64,000 nt of DNA from Takakia lepidozioides. Lineage: Eukaryota; Plantae; Bryophyta. The notes under the pieces are model-generated. The model saw only the letters and a program-made list of their open reading frames with translations. It made no database searches and was not told where the DNA came from. The first letter of the stretch is position 1. The number at the start of each line of letters is the position of its first letter. The stretch is taken from the NCBI GenBank assembly GCA_030704615.1, contig CM060732.1:76632001-76696000 (forward strand), in the 5' to 3' direction. This document shows, piece by piece, positions 41,073 through 53,609 of this stretch. A program made the position numbers and the translations under genes.

Positions 41073-44000
41073 TCAGCATTACTCGGAACAAGAACAAACC
41101 CCATCTTCGAAGTGGTGAGACTGGTTGGCATCCCGTACAGCAATTGCTTGCCCAACGAACTTTAGGATGAACTTGGTGACCATGTGGCAACCACCACACA
41201 CCCTAAGGTTCTTGGTGAGACTTGTTGGCATTCCATACAACAATTGCTCACCCAACAATCTTTGAGATGAACTTGGTGACCATGTACCCTGAGGTTCTTG
41301 GTGACAGGGAGAAGCGTCCCAGGGGCCATGCTGATCAACCCAAAAGCGAATGGCCAGAGTGCATGGTGTCCGGCATGTACCTTGCCTCCTTCATCTTCCA
41401 GACAATCTTCTCAGCTCGGCATGGAGTTCCTTGATGTAGCAAATTGTCTACGCCCCGTGGCCAACCTCAATGCAGCAGCAACATGGCTCCTTTCTGACAC
41501 CTCTGGCCTCCGTCACCTTTGTGCATCGTCCCTCTTGCCAGCAGCTGCTTAGATTTTTGATAGCAGCACAGAAGTTGCAGGGTCCTGTCTATCCCACTTG
41601 AGGATAACGTTTGCCGCACGTTCTGCCACCTGTATATTGCCATGAGTTTCACATGCAGCAAGCAAGGTCTTCCACACCAAACCATCCGGTTTGATTGGCA
41701 TTTTCTTAATGAGGTCCTCTGCCTCATCCAATCGCCCTGCACGGCCAAGAAGGTCCACCATGCAGCCAAAGTGCTCCACTGTAGGAGTGAGGCCATGATC
41801 TTGAATCAGGGAATCAAAGTAGTGTCTGCCTTCATCCACTAGGCCCACATGGCTACATGCAGACAGAACACATATGAAGGTGTTACTGTCCGGCTTCACC
41901 CCTTCCCTCGTCATTTGCTCATAGGTCTTTAAAGCCTCCATCCCACTCCCATGATGGGTATATCCTGCAATCATTGCACTCCATGAGACCACATCTCGTT
42001 CAGCCATATTTTCAAACACCTCCTTTGCATTCTCGATACTACCGCATTTGGCATACATGTTCACAAGGGCAGTGTCCAGAATCATATTTGGTACAATTCC
42101 AGCTTTCATGATGTCAGCATGGACCTCTTTGCCCTTTCCCAGGGCTGCCTGGCTGGCACATGCATTGCAAACGCAAACGAACGTCACCTGGTTGGGCTTC
42201 GCTCCTTCCCGCATCATTTGCTCATAGGTTTCTAAAGCCTCCATCCCGCACCCATGCTGGGCATAGCCTGCGATTATTGCATTCCAGGAGATGACATTTC
42301 GTTGAGACATATTGTTGAATACCCCCTTTGCATCCTGGATGCTCCCGCATTTGGCATACATGTCCACAAGGGCATTATCAAGAATGATGTTCGGTACAAT
42401 TCCAGCTTTCAAGATGTCAGCATAAATCTCTTTGCCTTTTTCCAGGGCTGCCAGGCTGGCACAAGCATTGCAAATGCAAACGAAGGTTACCTGGTTGGGC
42501 TTCACCCCTCTTCGTATCATTTGCTCGTAGGTCTCTAAAGCTTCCATGCCACTCCCATGCTGGGCATATCCTGCGATCATGGCATTCCACGACACAACAT
42601 TTCGTTCAGGCATGCTGTTAAACACCCTCTTTGCATCCTTGATACTTCCACATTTAGCATACATGTCAACGAGGGTAGTGCCCAGGTTAATGTTGGGCAC
42701 AATTCCAGCTTTCAAGATGTCAGCATGGACCTCTTTGCCCTTTTCCAGGGCTGTCAGGCTGGCACACGCATTGCAAACGCAAACAAACGTAACCTGGTTG
42801 GGCCTCACCCCTTCCTGCGTCATTTGCTCATAGGTCTCCAAAGCCTCAATCCCACACCCATGCTGTGCATATCCTGAGATCATCGCATTCCATGATACCA
42901 CGTCTCGTTCAGGCATACTGTCAAACACTCCCTTTGCATCCTTGATGCTCCCGCATTTGGCATACATGTCCACTAGGGTGTTGTTCAGAATGGTATTTGG
43001 GGCAATTCCAGCTTTCATGATGTCAGCATGGACCTCTTTGCCTTTTCCCAGGGCTGCCAGGCTGGCACACGCATTGCAAACGCAAACAAACGCAATTTGG
43101 TCGGGCTTCACCCCTTCCTGTATCATTTGCTCATAGGTCTCCAAGGCATTCCTACCACACCCATGCTTGTTATATCCTGCCAGTATTATAGTCCACGAGA
43201 ACATATTTCGTTCAGGCATTTTGTAAAACACTCGGTGTGCATCCTCAATGCTCCCACACTTGACATACATGTTGACAAGGGTGTTCAATAGAAACACGTT
43301 TGGCTGAAATCTACTTTCGAGAATGTGGGCATGCACCTTTTTGCTGCTAGGCATTTCATCTTGATGCAGTTATGCAAGAGACAGACATAAATGTCGGAGT
43401 CTGCCAGAATGCCTCCTTGGTTCAAAAGGTGTAGAGCCTCTTTCAGTTGTCCCGCCTCACATAGTGTCCTCACATGCCCAAAAGTGCCAGCAGAGATCTT
43501 GTGGACTCTGTCTCTGGGTCCTCTTGGAGACGCACTGGTCACGGTAGAGGTGCCTGATGCAATCGACTGTGCTGCTCCTGCTTCCAGTTGACCATCTACC
43601 CATGTCGGTTTCTTTTGGCTATCAATCCATAGTGCCTTGTTAAGACTCTTATGCTTGAAATCTGGAACTCCCAGATTGATCTGCATGCAGACTCCAGTGC
43701 CTTCTTCAGCTATCCCTCCCCCCACAACAAGAATGCATACACCGTCCCCCTCGCTGTTGTACCTGACAATGACAACCCATAATTCACCTAGCCAGACCCC
43801 GCCCCTACTTACGACGAAATAGTTCCTATGCTGAATTTCTTACAAGATTGAAAAATTCAGTGTTGTGGACAAATGGAGGATCGCAATTTGCGAGGGACAC
43901 AATTTGATGCACAGTATCGTTGGCTTCTGATGTAAGATAATAGACACTCACCTTTCTTCCTCGATTGTCCCGCCATTGACTGGGGTCTAGGAAATACTCC

Positions 44001-44197
44001 TTCCAAAGCTTCTCCTCGTCCCTATTATCAGTTTTCGGATATATGCCTGCCACACCATTGGCACCCCGGAATTCTTGGGAGGCGCCAGACCCACCATTTG
44101 CAGGGACCTGCTTCATGAGCAAATTGCCAAAGGGAATGCCGCCACTATCAGCTCCAAAGCCCAGCCCCTGAAACTGCTGCATGAGCGATTCTGGCAT
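41073..44197 (-). pseudogene. PDF-motif + PLS-PPR-E-DYW organellar RNA-editing factor, disabled
   Basis: Exon 1 ends 43952 (...WRDNRGRK), intron 43951-43681, exon 2 starts INLGVPDFKHK. One-nt frameshift near 43343. Intact P-L-S array in ORF 41549-43354. TAA replaces the Tyr of LLSNIY at 41549. Degenerate DYW remnants: KEP..CIEVG, LAIAFGLIS, KNLRVCGGCH, RDANQSHHFEDGVCSC. True start codon uncertain. Confidence 0.85.
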
Positions 44198-46896
44198 GGC
44201 CGAGCCGAGACGCTCACACGAACAAGCTCGCTGCCATCGCTGCAGCAGACACGTTGGGGATGGCAGCCTTCATCCACGTCCACCGTATTCGCTTCGAATT
44301 GTGGTATACTCAACCCCTACACATGTTTGCTACTCTTCCTAGAATATATTCTGATCTTCTGAATGAGGCAAAATGATGACGGGGGAGGCTTTTGGAAAAA
44401 GTATGAAGATGTAATGAAGGGAGGAGAGAGACAACTCTCTCTGCGGAGTTTGACATCTCTTGGGCATTCGGAGGCATCTTTGCAGTCGGACTTCCTCGTC
44501 CACCATCAACCGGGATGTCCCTCCCTTCCTCCGCAGCTGGGGTCCCTCCTAATCACTCTTACCAAAGCTCTGGAAAGCGTCCGCCTGATCTTTAGTCAAT
44601 TTTGCAGATAGGACAAAATACTCAGTCCCTCATTTGTTTGACTCCTTTTTGAGTTCAGCTTCCTACGCTCTTCGGCTTAGATGCCTTGCTTTCTCTTTAG
44701 GCCTCTTTCTCTACTTGTAGTTTCAACATGATGAAACCCTGTAAGACTTTAGTTTCTACAGGGCCTTCTTTCCTAGTCATAAGCTTTTCGTCTCTTCTCC
44801 TTGCTTCTCCCTCGTTATGTCCTTGCAACAGTCCCGTCTTCCCTACCAATCTCTTCAAGTTGGACGTTGAGTTTTGCAAATCTATGTATGTGGGCGAGGG
44901 TCGAAAGCTTGTTTGCTACTCTGTACTGGTGAACTTGTTGTACTCCCAGTTAGCTTGCCATTGGTGGCCTGTCCTGAGTGCTACCCAATACTCCAAGCCA
45001 TGTGCAAGCTTTGCATACAATATGAGACAAATCGGGGGAATGCCTGCCTTCTATAACCCACCTCCAACTGGTGCCACTGAGGCCATCAAGCAACATTGTT
45101 TTAATCCATCAATGACTGCGCGATGTCACACATTCAGGTTCATAGAATACATTATTCTCCAGTAGGAACAGGAAAGGTTGAAGAAACTGGTTTTGCAGCC
45201 CATGGGCAATAAGATTTGGCGTTCTTGCACAGAATGACTGTCGAGGCGGTCAACAATCTCATGATAGCTCTTTGGGCCGTGGGGCTTAACCCCTAAAGGA
45301 CAAGGGCCAATTTTTGCCAAGACCTCAAAAACTGGACCCTGCTCTAAAACATTTATATCTTGAGATTTACTAAGGCCCTGTAAAACTAACCGTTGGAATA
45401 TACTCTCAACTACCCCACCTACGACCACAAAAATCCCTGTCTAAATCCAACCAGCAGATCCAAAGAATATAATGTCTAAAGTGGTGCAAAAACAAAACAA
45501 ACATGAAGTAAATAGGGAAAAAAAAGTGCTTTTTCTATCGAATTTCCCATCTGCGAACTGGTCTGACATGACACTCTCCAGAATCTGGTGCCCTGTCATA
45601 TAAGACACCTTCCCTGCAAATTTCATCTTTTTCTGACATAATCTCAGGTGGGCTGCTTTGTATGCTAAAATTGGGGGGTCAAATTTGGGGTTTTCCTTCG
45701 GGCAGGAAAAAAGGTTTGTTCAGAAAATTGAGGAAAATTTTTGAGCCGTTCATTTGGCAATCGCTCCGGTGGGAATGTTGTGGGTGGGTATGGCTATTCC
45801 GCAAAAACATTTCGGGCCAATCTGAGTCTCCTACTAGGTCTTTTTACCCCCTGCCCATGAGACTTGCAATTGCACCTATGTGGGCCTATAAGTTTTGGGC
45901 AGTAGCCCTCTCTTGTGGAGGGTTTTAGGGGGTGCCTCATTCTACCCGTCCCTAAATTGATTAGGCCTCCACCCCTCCCAAGGCATGTCCACCCCCACCA
46001 CCCAGGTTCGGGCCACCCCTATGTTTATTGGGTTTTGGGGTCACCCACCCCACGCGTTCATGGGCCACCCATGCCGGAAATGTGTCCCGGTTTTCATGAC
46101 AGAAAAACAAAACTCGCCGGATTTCACAAAGTGGACGGAATATGCCAACAGGATTTGAATTTGGATGAATGTGGGAGGTTTCTACATCCATATTTCCACG
46201 GATGATGTTGGATGAGTTTGGATGAAATTGGAGGGGTATTTTGGATCTTTGAATTGCCTAAGTCCTAAGTGCACCAACTTGTCCATTTTGGCCCTAAGCC
46301 CTCCCTTTGTTGCACTATGTGCATCCACTCAATTTATCTAAGTCCTTTACTTTTTTGTGTATTGATCTATCACACACCAATTTTGTCCAAGTGTTTATAA
46401 GTCCTTGAACCTATAGTGTATTCATTTGTCACACATCATTTTGCATAAGTCCTCATATGTCCTAGTGTTGCATGCTATCATCACTTTGGTTCAATTGACC
46501 ATTGAACCATATATTCCACCATGATCAAAACATGACCACTAGTTCAGCATAGTGTTGAACTTAGTGTCTACAATAATGCAAGGAACCAATCAGCCCCTCA
46601 TACTCTTCCACCCTCACCAAATCAGCCCCATCTACTCTACCATACCCTCCATCACAAAACCATCACTTCTCCTCCCCCAACCCCCACCCTTTCAATCAGC
46701 CCCAACTCCTCTACCACACCCCACCACCCCTCAGCCCCTACTATGCATCACCATCCCAAAACAAAGTGTCATAGAGCCTCCTACTCATCAAAAAAGTCTC
46801 AAGGCCTATCAAAATGGAAATATTTGCTCAAACATAGGCAAATTTCAATACTAAAAAAATCCAGCCATGACATATGTTATTTCCTATGGCACATGG

Positions 46897-47280
46897 AAAT
46901 TCCAGCCACCCAAAAAGCCCTCTAATATTAGTATTGTAGCAAATTAGACCCCCTACATCTCCCAATTATGCCTTATACTCATTAGTGTGGCAGCCCCATC
47001 AAAATTCCAGCCCCTCTAAGTCAAGTATTAGTGCAAATTAGCCCCCCTACATCTCCCAATTATGTCTTATACTCACAAGTGTTGTAGCCCCATCAAATTT
47101 AGCCCTCTAAGTCAATATTAGTGCAAATCACACCCCCCACATCTGCCAACTATGCCCTTTATACTCATTAATGTGGCAGCCCCATCAAAATTCCAGCCCC
47201 TCTATGTCAATATTAGTGCAATCTATACTATTGCATGTAAGCCCCATGACAATTCCAGCCCCAAAAAACTTTCCAGCCAA
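46897..47280. repeat. Tandem repeat of about 93 bp, about 3.5 copies, downstream of the transposase
   Basis: Unit AAATTCCAGCCCCTCTAAGTCAAGTATTAGTGCAAATT...CCCCCTACATCTCCCAATTATGCCTTATACTCATTAGTGTGGCAGCCCCATC at about 46897, 47001, 47095, 47187. Confidence 0.8.
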
Positions 47281-47346
47281 CATGAATGGCCCCTAAAGTT
47301 AGTTTACACCCTCTATATCCCCACACACACCCCTCCACACCCATTC

Positions 47347-49158
47347 CTAGCGGCATCGACGATGAATACGTGCAAAACATGTGCCATGGCACAAAAAGCG
47401 CCCACCACAACACCTACAAAACCACCGGCACCTCGTGCTACATACATAGCACCTGCGTCTCAAGTTAGACCGCTCCAAATAGTGAATTCCAGCCATTCCA
47501 GCCGGCACAAGCAATGATGTGCAAGTGCGGCCCCCATTCTCCCATCCCCTTGTAAGTGCCTCTGCAACAAACAATCAAAACGCAGCATGAGTCATGACTT
47601 CTTGCCCCAAAGAAGTCATATGACTTCTATAAAGAATGACCAAGAGGGTATCAAGGAAAAAGAAAAAGATGCGGTGCCACCACTTGTGGCTACGAGTTTG
47701 ACATGAATAGGAGCCTCGCAATTGATCATGCACATCCACCCCTCGCATTAATGATTGATATTCCAAGTGTATGGGTGAGGATTGCACCTCAACCCATGCC
47801 CCAACCACCCCATCCCATCGCAAGACTGTGGCTGGAACAGAACCACTATGAAGGGGGTTGGCACTAGTAGAGAGGAGTAAGACTCATTTGTTGTCCCACC
47901 ACAATAAACAACATATCTTCCTAGAGCGGTGCATTTTGTACCATAGATCTCCACGTTTCCCTCGCACATGTCCCAACAAGGATAAAGGTACTCCAATGCG
48001 ATCAGCCCTCAAGGTCCCCGTGGCATAGGTCCCAACCTTCAACAACTCCCAAAAAAGTCTTGGAGAAGTGAAGAAGTTATCCATTACCACCGTGTGTCCC
48101 ACATGGAGGTGCCCTTCAAGTAAGTTCAAGACCACATGAAAACCTTGCCCTCCTGCCTCTTTCTTGTTGCCATGTTGCCCCTCATTGCTCACTTCAGCCC
48201 CCAAGTAAACTCTCAAATTCAAGACACACTTAGTTTGGACATCCGCAACACACCATACATTTATGCCCCACTTAGTGGGCTTGGCTTTCATGTACTGCCT
48301 GAAAGCGCAGTACTTTCCTTTGTATCCAATCATCATCTCATTGATGGTCAGTTTTTTTCCAGCCTTGTACAAAGATCCACTAATTCTCACCAACTCCTCT
48401 ACCAACTACCGGCACTTCCCCAACTTATCATAATCAGGGCCGGATTTTTCAGGACATAGACTTGCATTGTCTACCAAGTGAAGACATCTAAGGATTGACT
48501 CAAACCTAGCCTTCGTCATTACTTTCTTGATAGTGACTGAAGCATACAAAGCACCCTCGGGCTCCCAATAGGACCTCCTACAAGGCTGTTTTCTAAGACC
48601 CATGTACACACATATGCCCATAAATGCCCTCAATTCCACAACACCCAAATGACTCCAATCTGAACCACCATATGTTCTACCACTACTTGGATCAATGAAA
48701 GACCTTGCATACCTATTGGTTTCCTCACATATACGAAGTAGGTTCTTGCGAGGGAAGAATAGATCAAACCAAGACATCCCACAATGCCTAAATATGGCTG
48801 GCAAGGTTGCCCCAGGGGCTGGTCCACTGAATTCAGCCGGGCTTGGGTTCAAAGTGGTTGCCGTGGACTGCCAATTGTTGTCCTTGAAAAGATCTTTGAG
48901 GTGCGTAGTATCCAAATCAACCGTATCATCATATATGCCCAATTCACCAAGGAGACAATCTTGATCTTGCCCAGGCACATTCCATAAGTCATCATCGTCC
49001 GTGTCAACCTCATGGGGTAGGGGATCATCCCCAATGAAGTCCTCATCATCAGAATGCTCAAGAATATCAACACTATCCAACAAGTGTTGTGAGCACAAAT
49101 CCCCCATGGAATTCAGCCCCAAAAGGTATTTCAACCCCACCATCAAGGCCATCCCCAA
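47347..49158 (-). pseudogene. piggyBac (PGBD/DDE_Tnp_1_7-like) transposase with three in-frame stops
   Basis: ORFs 48406-49158, 47884-48405, 47575-47823 and 47347-47574 share one frame. Motifs ETNRYA, ELRAFMG, TI[D>N]EMMI, RQYMKAKPTKWG, VMDNFFTSP, GTLRADR, MRGVDVHDQ, KWWHRIFF and a C-terminal Cys-rich domain. Confidence 0.88.
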
Positions 49159-49375
49159 ACAAACTAGAACTAGGCAGCCCTAGCAACTCACATTGCCCAA
49201 TGGCAAGGGTCCTCAAACCAATCAAAGGGCCAAAGTCTGCCTCAACTCGTTTCTCTTGCGATGGCACATGCACCCAAGACTCAATAATCTCCTCATAACA
49301 CCAATCAGCTTCTGGATCCACATATTTGTCACTCTCACCAAATAGCAACCCATGTTTCACTCTAATTGGTACACA

Positions 49376-52300
49376 CACTAAGAGATGACGTTTTTTAGGA
49401 CTATGGATTTGGCGGAGTCATAAAAACGGCACTAGGTATACGACTACAGAGCGCTGAAATGCGTTGCAGTCATAGTTTTATCACTTTATAGTAATGGATA
49501 TCACTACATGACTCCGGAAAATTAGGGAGCATTGGTCAAACATTGTTGACCATGATGACAAGGATGGTTTTATGACTAGTGTGATATGTTTGACTAGACG
49601 TGGACGACGTTTCATGGAATCTTGTGACTCCATGACTGAAGATGGTTTTACAGCTCTATTTATACGACTACATCCCTACACGTGTCATTTTGAAAGCACA
49701 TACATGAATGTATTCATCCATTGGATGAGTTTATCCATCGATGACATGGCATGTAAACTTATGAGTCCCTTACTGCAAATTGTTTCATAACTCTATATAT
49801 ATGACTACATCACTACACATGTCATTTAAAAGGCATATACATTAATGAATTCATTCAATGGATGGGTTCATCCATCCGCCTATACGGTGTGTCGATTTGA
49901 TATCTGTGCAATAAATTGGACCTGGATGGACGTGGCTTAACAAGGATCGCAAGATATATGAGATTAAATACGTGGTTGTACAAGGTTAGATCATGTGATG
50001 GAAATTATTTTGAATCGTGATTTTACAGGATCTAACGTCTAGATTGTTTAAGATCTAACGGTTTAGATTACACCGCCGGACTTTACACCGGGCTGGGACT
50101 TAGGCTTTTTTGTCTCCTGCATTTCACCATCTATTTGATGTTGTGTCATGGAACGCGATGATCGCAAGATATGCAGGGGCGTGGGATGGAGGCTTTGCAG
50201 ACCTTCCTACTCTTGAGCAAATGATGCAGGAAGGAGAAGAGGAGGATGAGACAGACGAGGAGAAGATCCCAACATTCTTGTTGTGAGCTCGCCGTTTTTG
50301 GGAGAGAGACGAGACGAGGAGACGCTCGCCGTTCTTGGGAGAGTCAGCTTGGTCTTAGCAGGCCGTGTTTCAATCTCTGCCTGCTCAGCTGCACCGTGGT
50401 GGTTCGATCTCACATACCAATCCAACATTACCTGACTACAGATACAAGCAGCACACACAAGGGGTCCTTTTGGGCTGATGGTCGGTCAAATCCTCTATGG
50501 GTCATGATACAAGGTAAAGGACAATGTGGTGAGGATACCTTCTTCTTTGACCTATTTCAGCCTGTTTTGCTCTGTTTGGCAGCATGAAAGTATCCAAAAA
50601 CAGGTAATAGAGATGAGGAGAAGCTTTGGAATGAACACTTTTCCGACCCCAGTCAATGGCGAGACAATGGAGACAAAAAGGTGAATGCATGTTGGACTAC
50701 ACTAGAGAGAAGTAGATGCAATTTAGAATTAGAACTACTGTAATAATTAGGGTTGGGGTTTGCTGGAAGAACTTCACAGTGTCATGCGCACCTATGAGCA
50801 CTTCTGCAAAAGCCTTTTCTAATCGTCAAAGCTGCAAATGTTGTCACAGACAATATGTATGCCAAATGTAGGTGTATGCGGAGTCTGAACAAGAGAGTAC
50901 CATGATGACCAGGTCCAACTAGGGGAAATACTATATATTTTAATCCCAATTTTTAAGGTTTCATCCATACTGAATGAAATTTCTGTTATAACCATAACTG
51001 GATGATTTATAGGCAGATATGCATTTCAATGCATTTTAGGTTTATGCTCCTTTGATTTAAACCTATTGAATGCCCATTTTTCATCCTGGTCTGATACCAT
51101 CCATACCGGATGGTGGATGAAATCGCGGGTGGTTTTCCTTTAAGTGTCTCTCTGCCCTAGACACAGCACGATATCGTGCGTGTTTTTTTTCTCTGGAAGA
51201 GGGCGATGGCGGACGAATGCTCGATGGCGGCTGAATGCCCGAGCAGCAAGATCCGAACGGGTGTGTTTCTGTTTTTTGAACGCGCGATGACGGCAGACAC
51301 TTTCATCTCCCGCGATGGCAAATGACATACTGTTATGTTTGCCTACGTTTTTTCCTCATTGATGAAGCAGCGGCGGTTATGGAGGTGGGGAAGCGGCCTG
51401 TATTACAAGATACAACCTGTCCTCAACTCTCCTCCCGTTGCATTCTGTTGTGCTCGTTCAAATTCAGATGATGAACACTGCAGCGTCCTACTCCACAAAA
51501 GATTGAGGTTCTTTGTGGTGTCACATCTATGCTTTCTTCTGCTGGTTCTGTGATCTTTGCATGCTTTATGGCTCATACCTGACATGGATAGCAACTGTGA
51601 AATCCTGTAATTCACCTCGCGCATCCTCACTAACGCACAAAACATTTTTTGTGTTTTTTTTGGGACGGGCGCAGGTGAGGGATTTCACTTGGCATGAACT
51701 CTTTGGCTTGCAGATGATCTGGTTACTGCAGGAGGGATAAGATATGCTGCAAGCTGCCGTTGTTGCAATTTTCTGCTTCAAAGCTGCTTCAAGGGGGATA
51801 TGCCTTAAACCTTTACTTTGATTTCTGGTTCTTGGTAACCAAATCTGTTAAGTCAGGGAAGTAAATGGGCTGGGCCTCCTAGAAATCAGACCTTATTGTG
51901 AAGGTTCGGGCTGGTTGTGATGACAAGGGTTTGGTGATGCAAGTGTGACATTGGATGCATTTTTCCAGACCTGTTTTCTGGCCTTTTGGAGAGTCAGACA
52001 GTGTTGTTTATGCCTCACCAGTTTAGAATGTATTAAGTAAGGCATTGGGTAAGCCTTTTTAAGAACACATACATTCTTTCAGGCTCCCCCATGGAGATTA
52101 TAACCTGATTACAGACTGGTATTTTTGAGGATCTCTCTAAAACTTGGCAGAGTGACTGGATAAGGCCCTGGGATACATACCATAGCCCTGCATCTACTTA
52201 TGGAAGTACAATCAGTTCAGCTTGTGCTTTTAGGAACATACAAGTCCTTTAAAGCTGTAATAGGGAATGTTTTCATCAAAGCTCTCACTCTTAGGCCTGC

Positions 52301-52454
52301 TGGAATGGTTTTCTCAAAGACCTGTTGAGCTTACAACATACTTGTTTAAGCTATTTGAACCCAAGAATTACCAAGCCAGTATTTTTAAAGGGCTTTTTTG
52401 ATTACGAACTGTATTCTTAAGCTCCCCCCAGAGATTGGGAATGTGACATGGTAA

Positions 52455-52489
<35 letters not shown>

Positions 52490-53609
52490 CTCTGATACAT
52501 GATACATATATACATGATTTGTGCAGAGGCATGGATAGCTGAAGGAGCAGGGATAGAGTGCATGGGTCCAGATTCATCCAAGAGGGCCGGATTTCAATCT
52601 CCAGATTACATATGATTCCCTGTGGAAGGATAGCTACAAGAAACCTGCATGGATAGATGATCAATTGGTTGGTCTTGAGCTGAAGAGCACGACCCCTGCA
52701 GGGATGTCTCTCCATCTGTAGATCTTTTAGGAAGTGGAAGGCTAGGCCTAGGGCCCAGCTTTCTTATGACATTGTTAGCTGATTTTCAGTTCTTCTCCTT
52801 AGCTCGGTGCCTTTCTGTTTCCAAGTTATGGCAGTAGTTTCTGGCTGCAGTCTCTTTTCCTGCTAGACTCTTTAGCTCTATGCAGACCCCCTTCTTTGCT
52901 TGCCTTCCTTCTTACTACTCTTTCTTGTCTTGGTACGCGAAGCTTTCAGCCTCTATGGCACTCTATCCAGAGGTTATTTTTCCTCTTTGTATCCAAGGAC
53001 ATTTTATGTCCATTACCTATAAAGTTCTAGAGGCCACTGTCCCCCACTGTCCCTCTTTGTTAACAAAAATAAAAATAATAAAAAAAAGACAACAATGGCT
53101 TCCATTCTATTTTCCTAGAAACCTAATGAGAATTTAAATCAATTAATAATCTAAATATATATGTATGATTTAATTTATTAAATTAAAATATTATTAAAAA
53201 ACCTCTTTAGTCATGAAGTTATATACTCATGACTACATCATGGCAACGTGGCATTATATGATACGATATTCTTTCCACGTGTGGGTCATATATGTTGTCC
53301 ATGTGGACACGTGTCACATCCGGAGTGCTACATATGTCTCTCTGACGCCTCTCCAATGGAGTTATACTTTGTAGACATGTAGTCATATAGTTAGTCATAT
53401 ATAAATCATATAGTTGTGACTACATCCTCTCTACAGCATGACTCCAGGTGCCACGCACGCAGTCACGGCTATGACTTGCAAAACGCAGTCCTAAAGACTA
53501 GTCGCTATGACAGGGCTTTTTTCACTGCAGAGTGATATAGTCATGAACGCATATAGGACTGAAAAAATAGTCATATGTGCAGTCATAAAAACGCTCATAT
53601 GTTGTAGTG
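49376..53609. mobile_element. CACTA-like termini bracketing non-coding or captured sequence
   Basis: CACTAAGAGATGACGTTTTT at 49376 and ...AAAAACGCTCATATGTTGTAGTG ending 53609. GTCAT/ATGAC subterminal repeats at 49390-49830 and 53200-53600. 3-bp flanks (ACA/AGG) do not match, so the two ends may belong to different copies. Confidence 0.5.

Larger units (their letters stand above)
45286..49375 (-). mobile_element. piggyBac-like DNA transposon, one terminus intact, other end interrupted by a CACTA end
   Basis: TTAA|CCCCTAAAGGAC terminus at 45286-45301 and a transposase pseudogene at 47347-49158. Confidence 0.75.

Noticed and set aside
41549-41551. Premature stop rescued by U-to-C editing
   Set aside because: That editing acts on organellar transcripts, TAA>CAA would not restore Tyr, and downstream indels break the DYW anyway.
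42254-43291. Several repetitive plus-strand ORFs
   Set aside because: Antisense shadows of the PPR repeats.
44363-45285. Possible retroelement coding remnant next to the piggyBac TTAA
   Set aside because: Fragmentary frames with no motif I can assign confidently.
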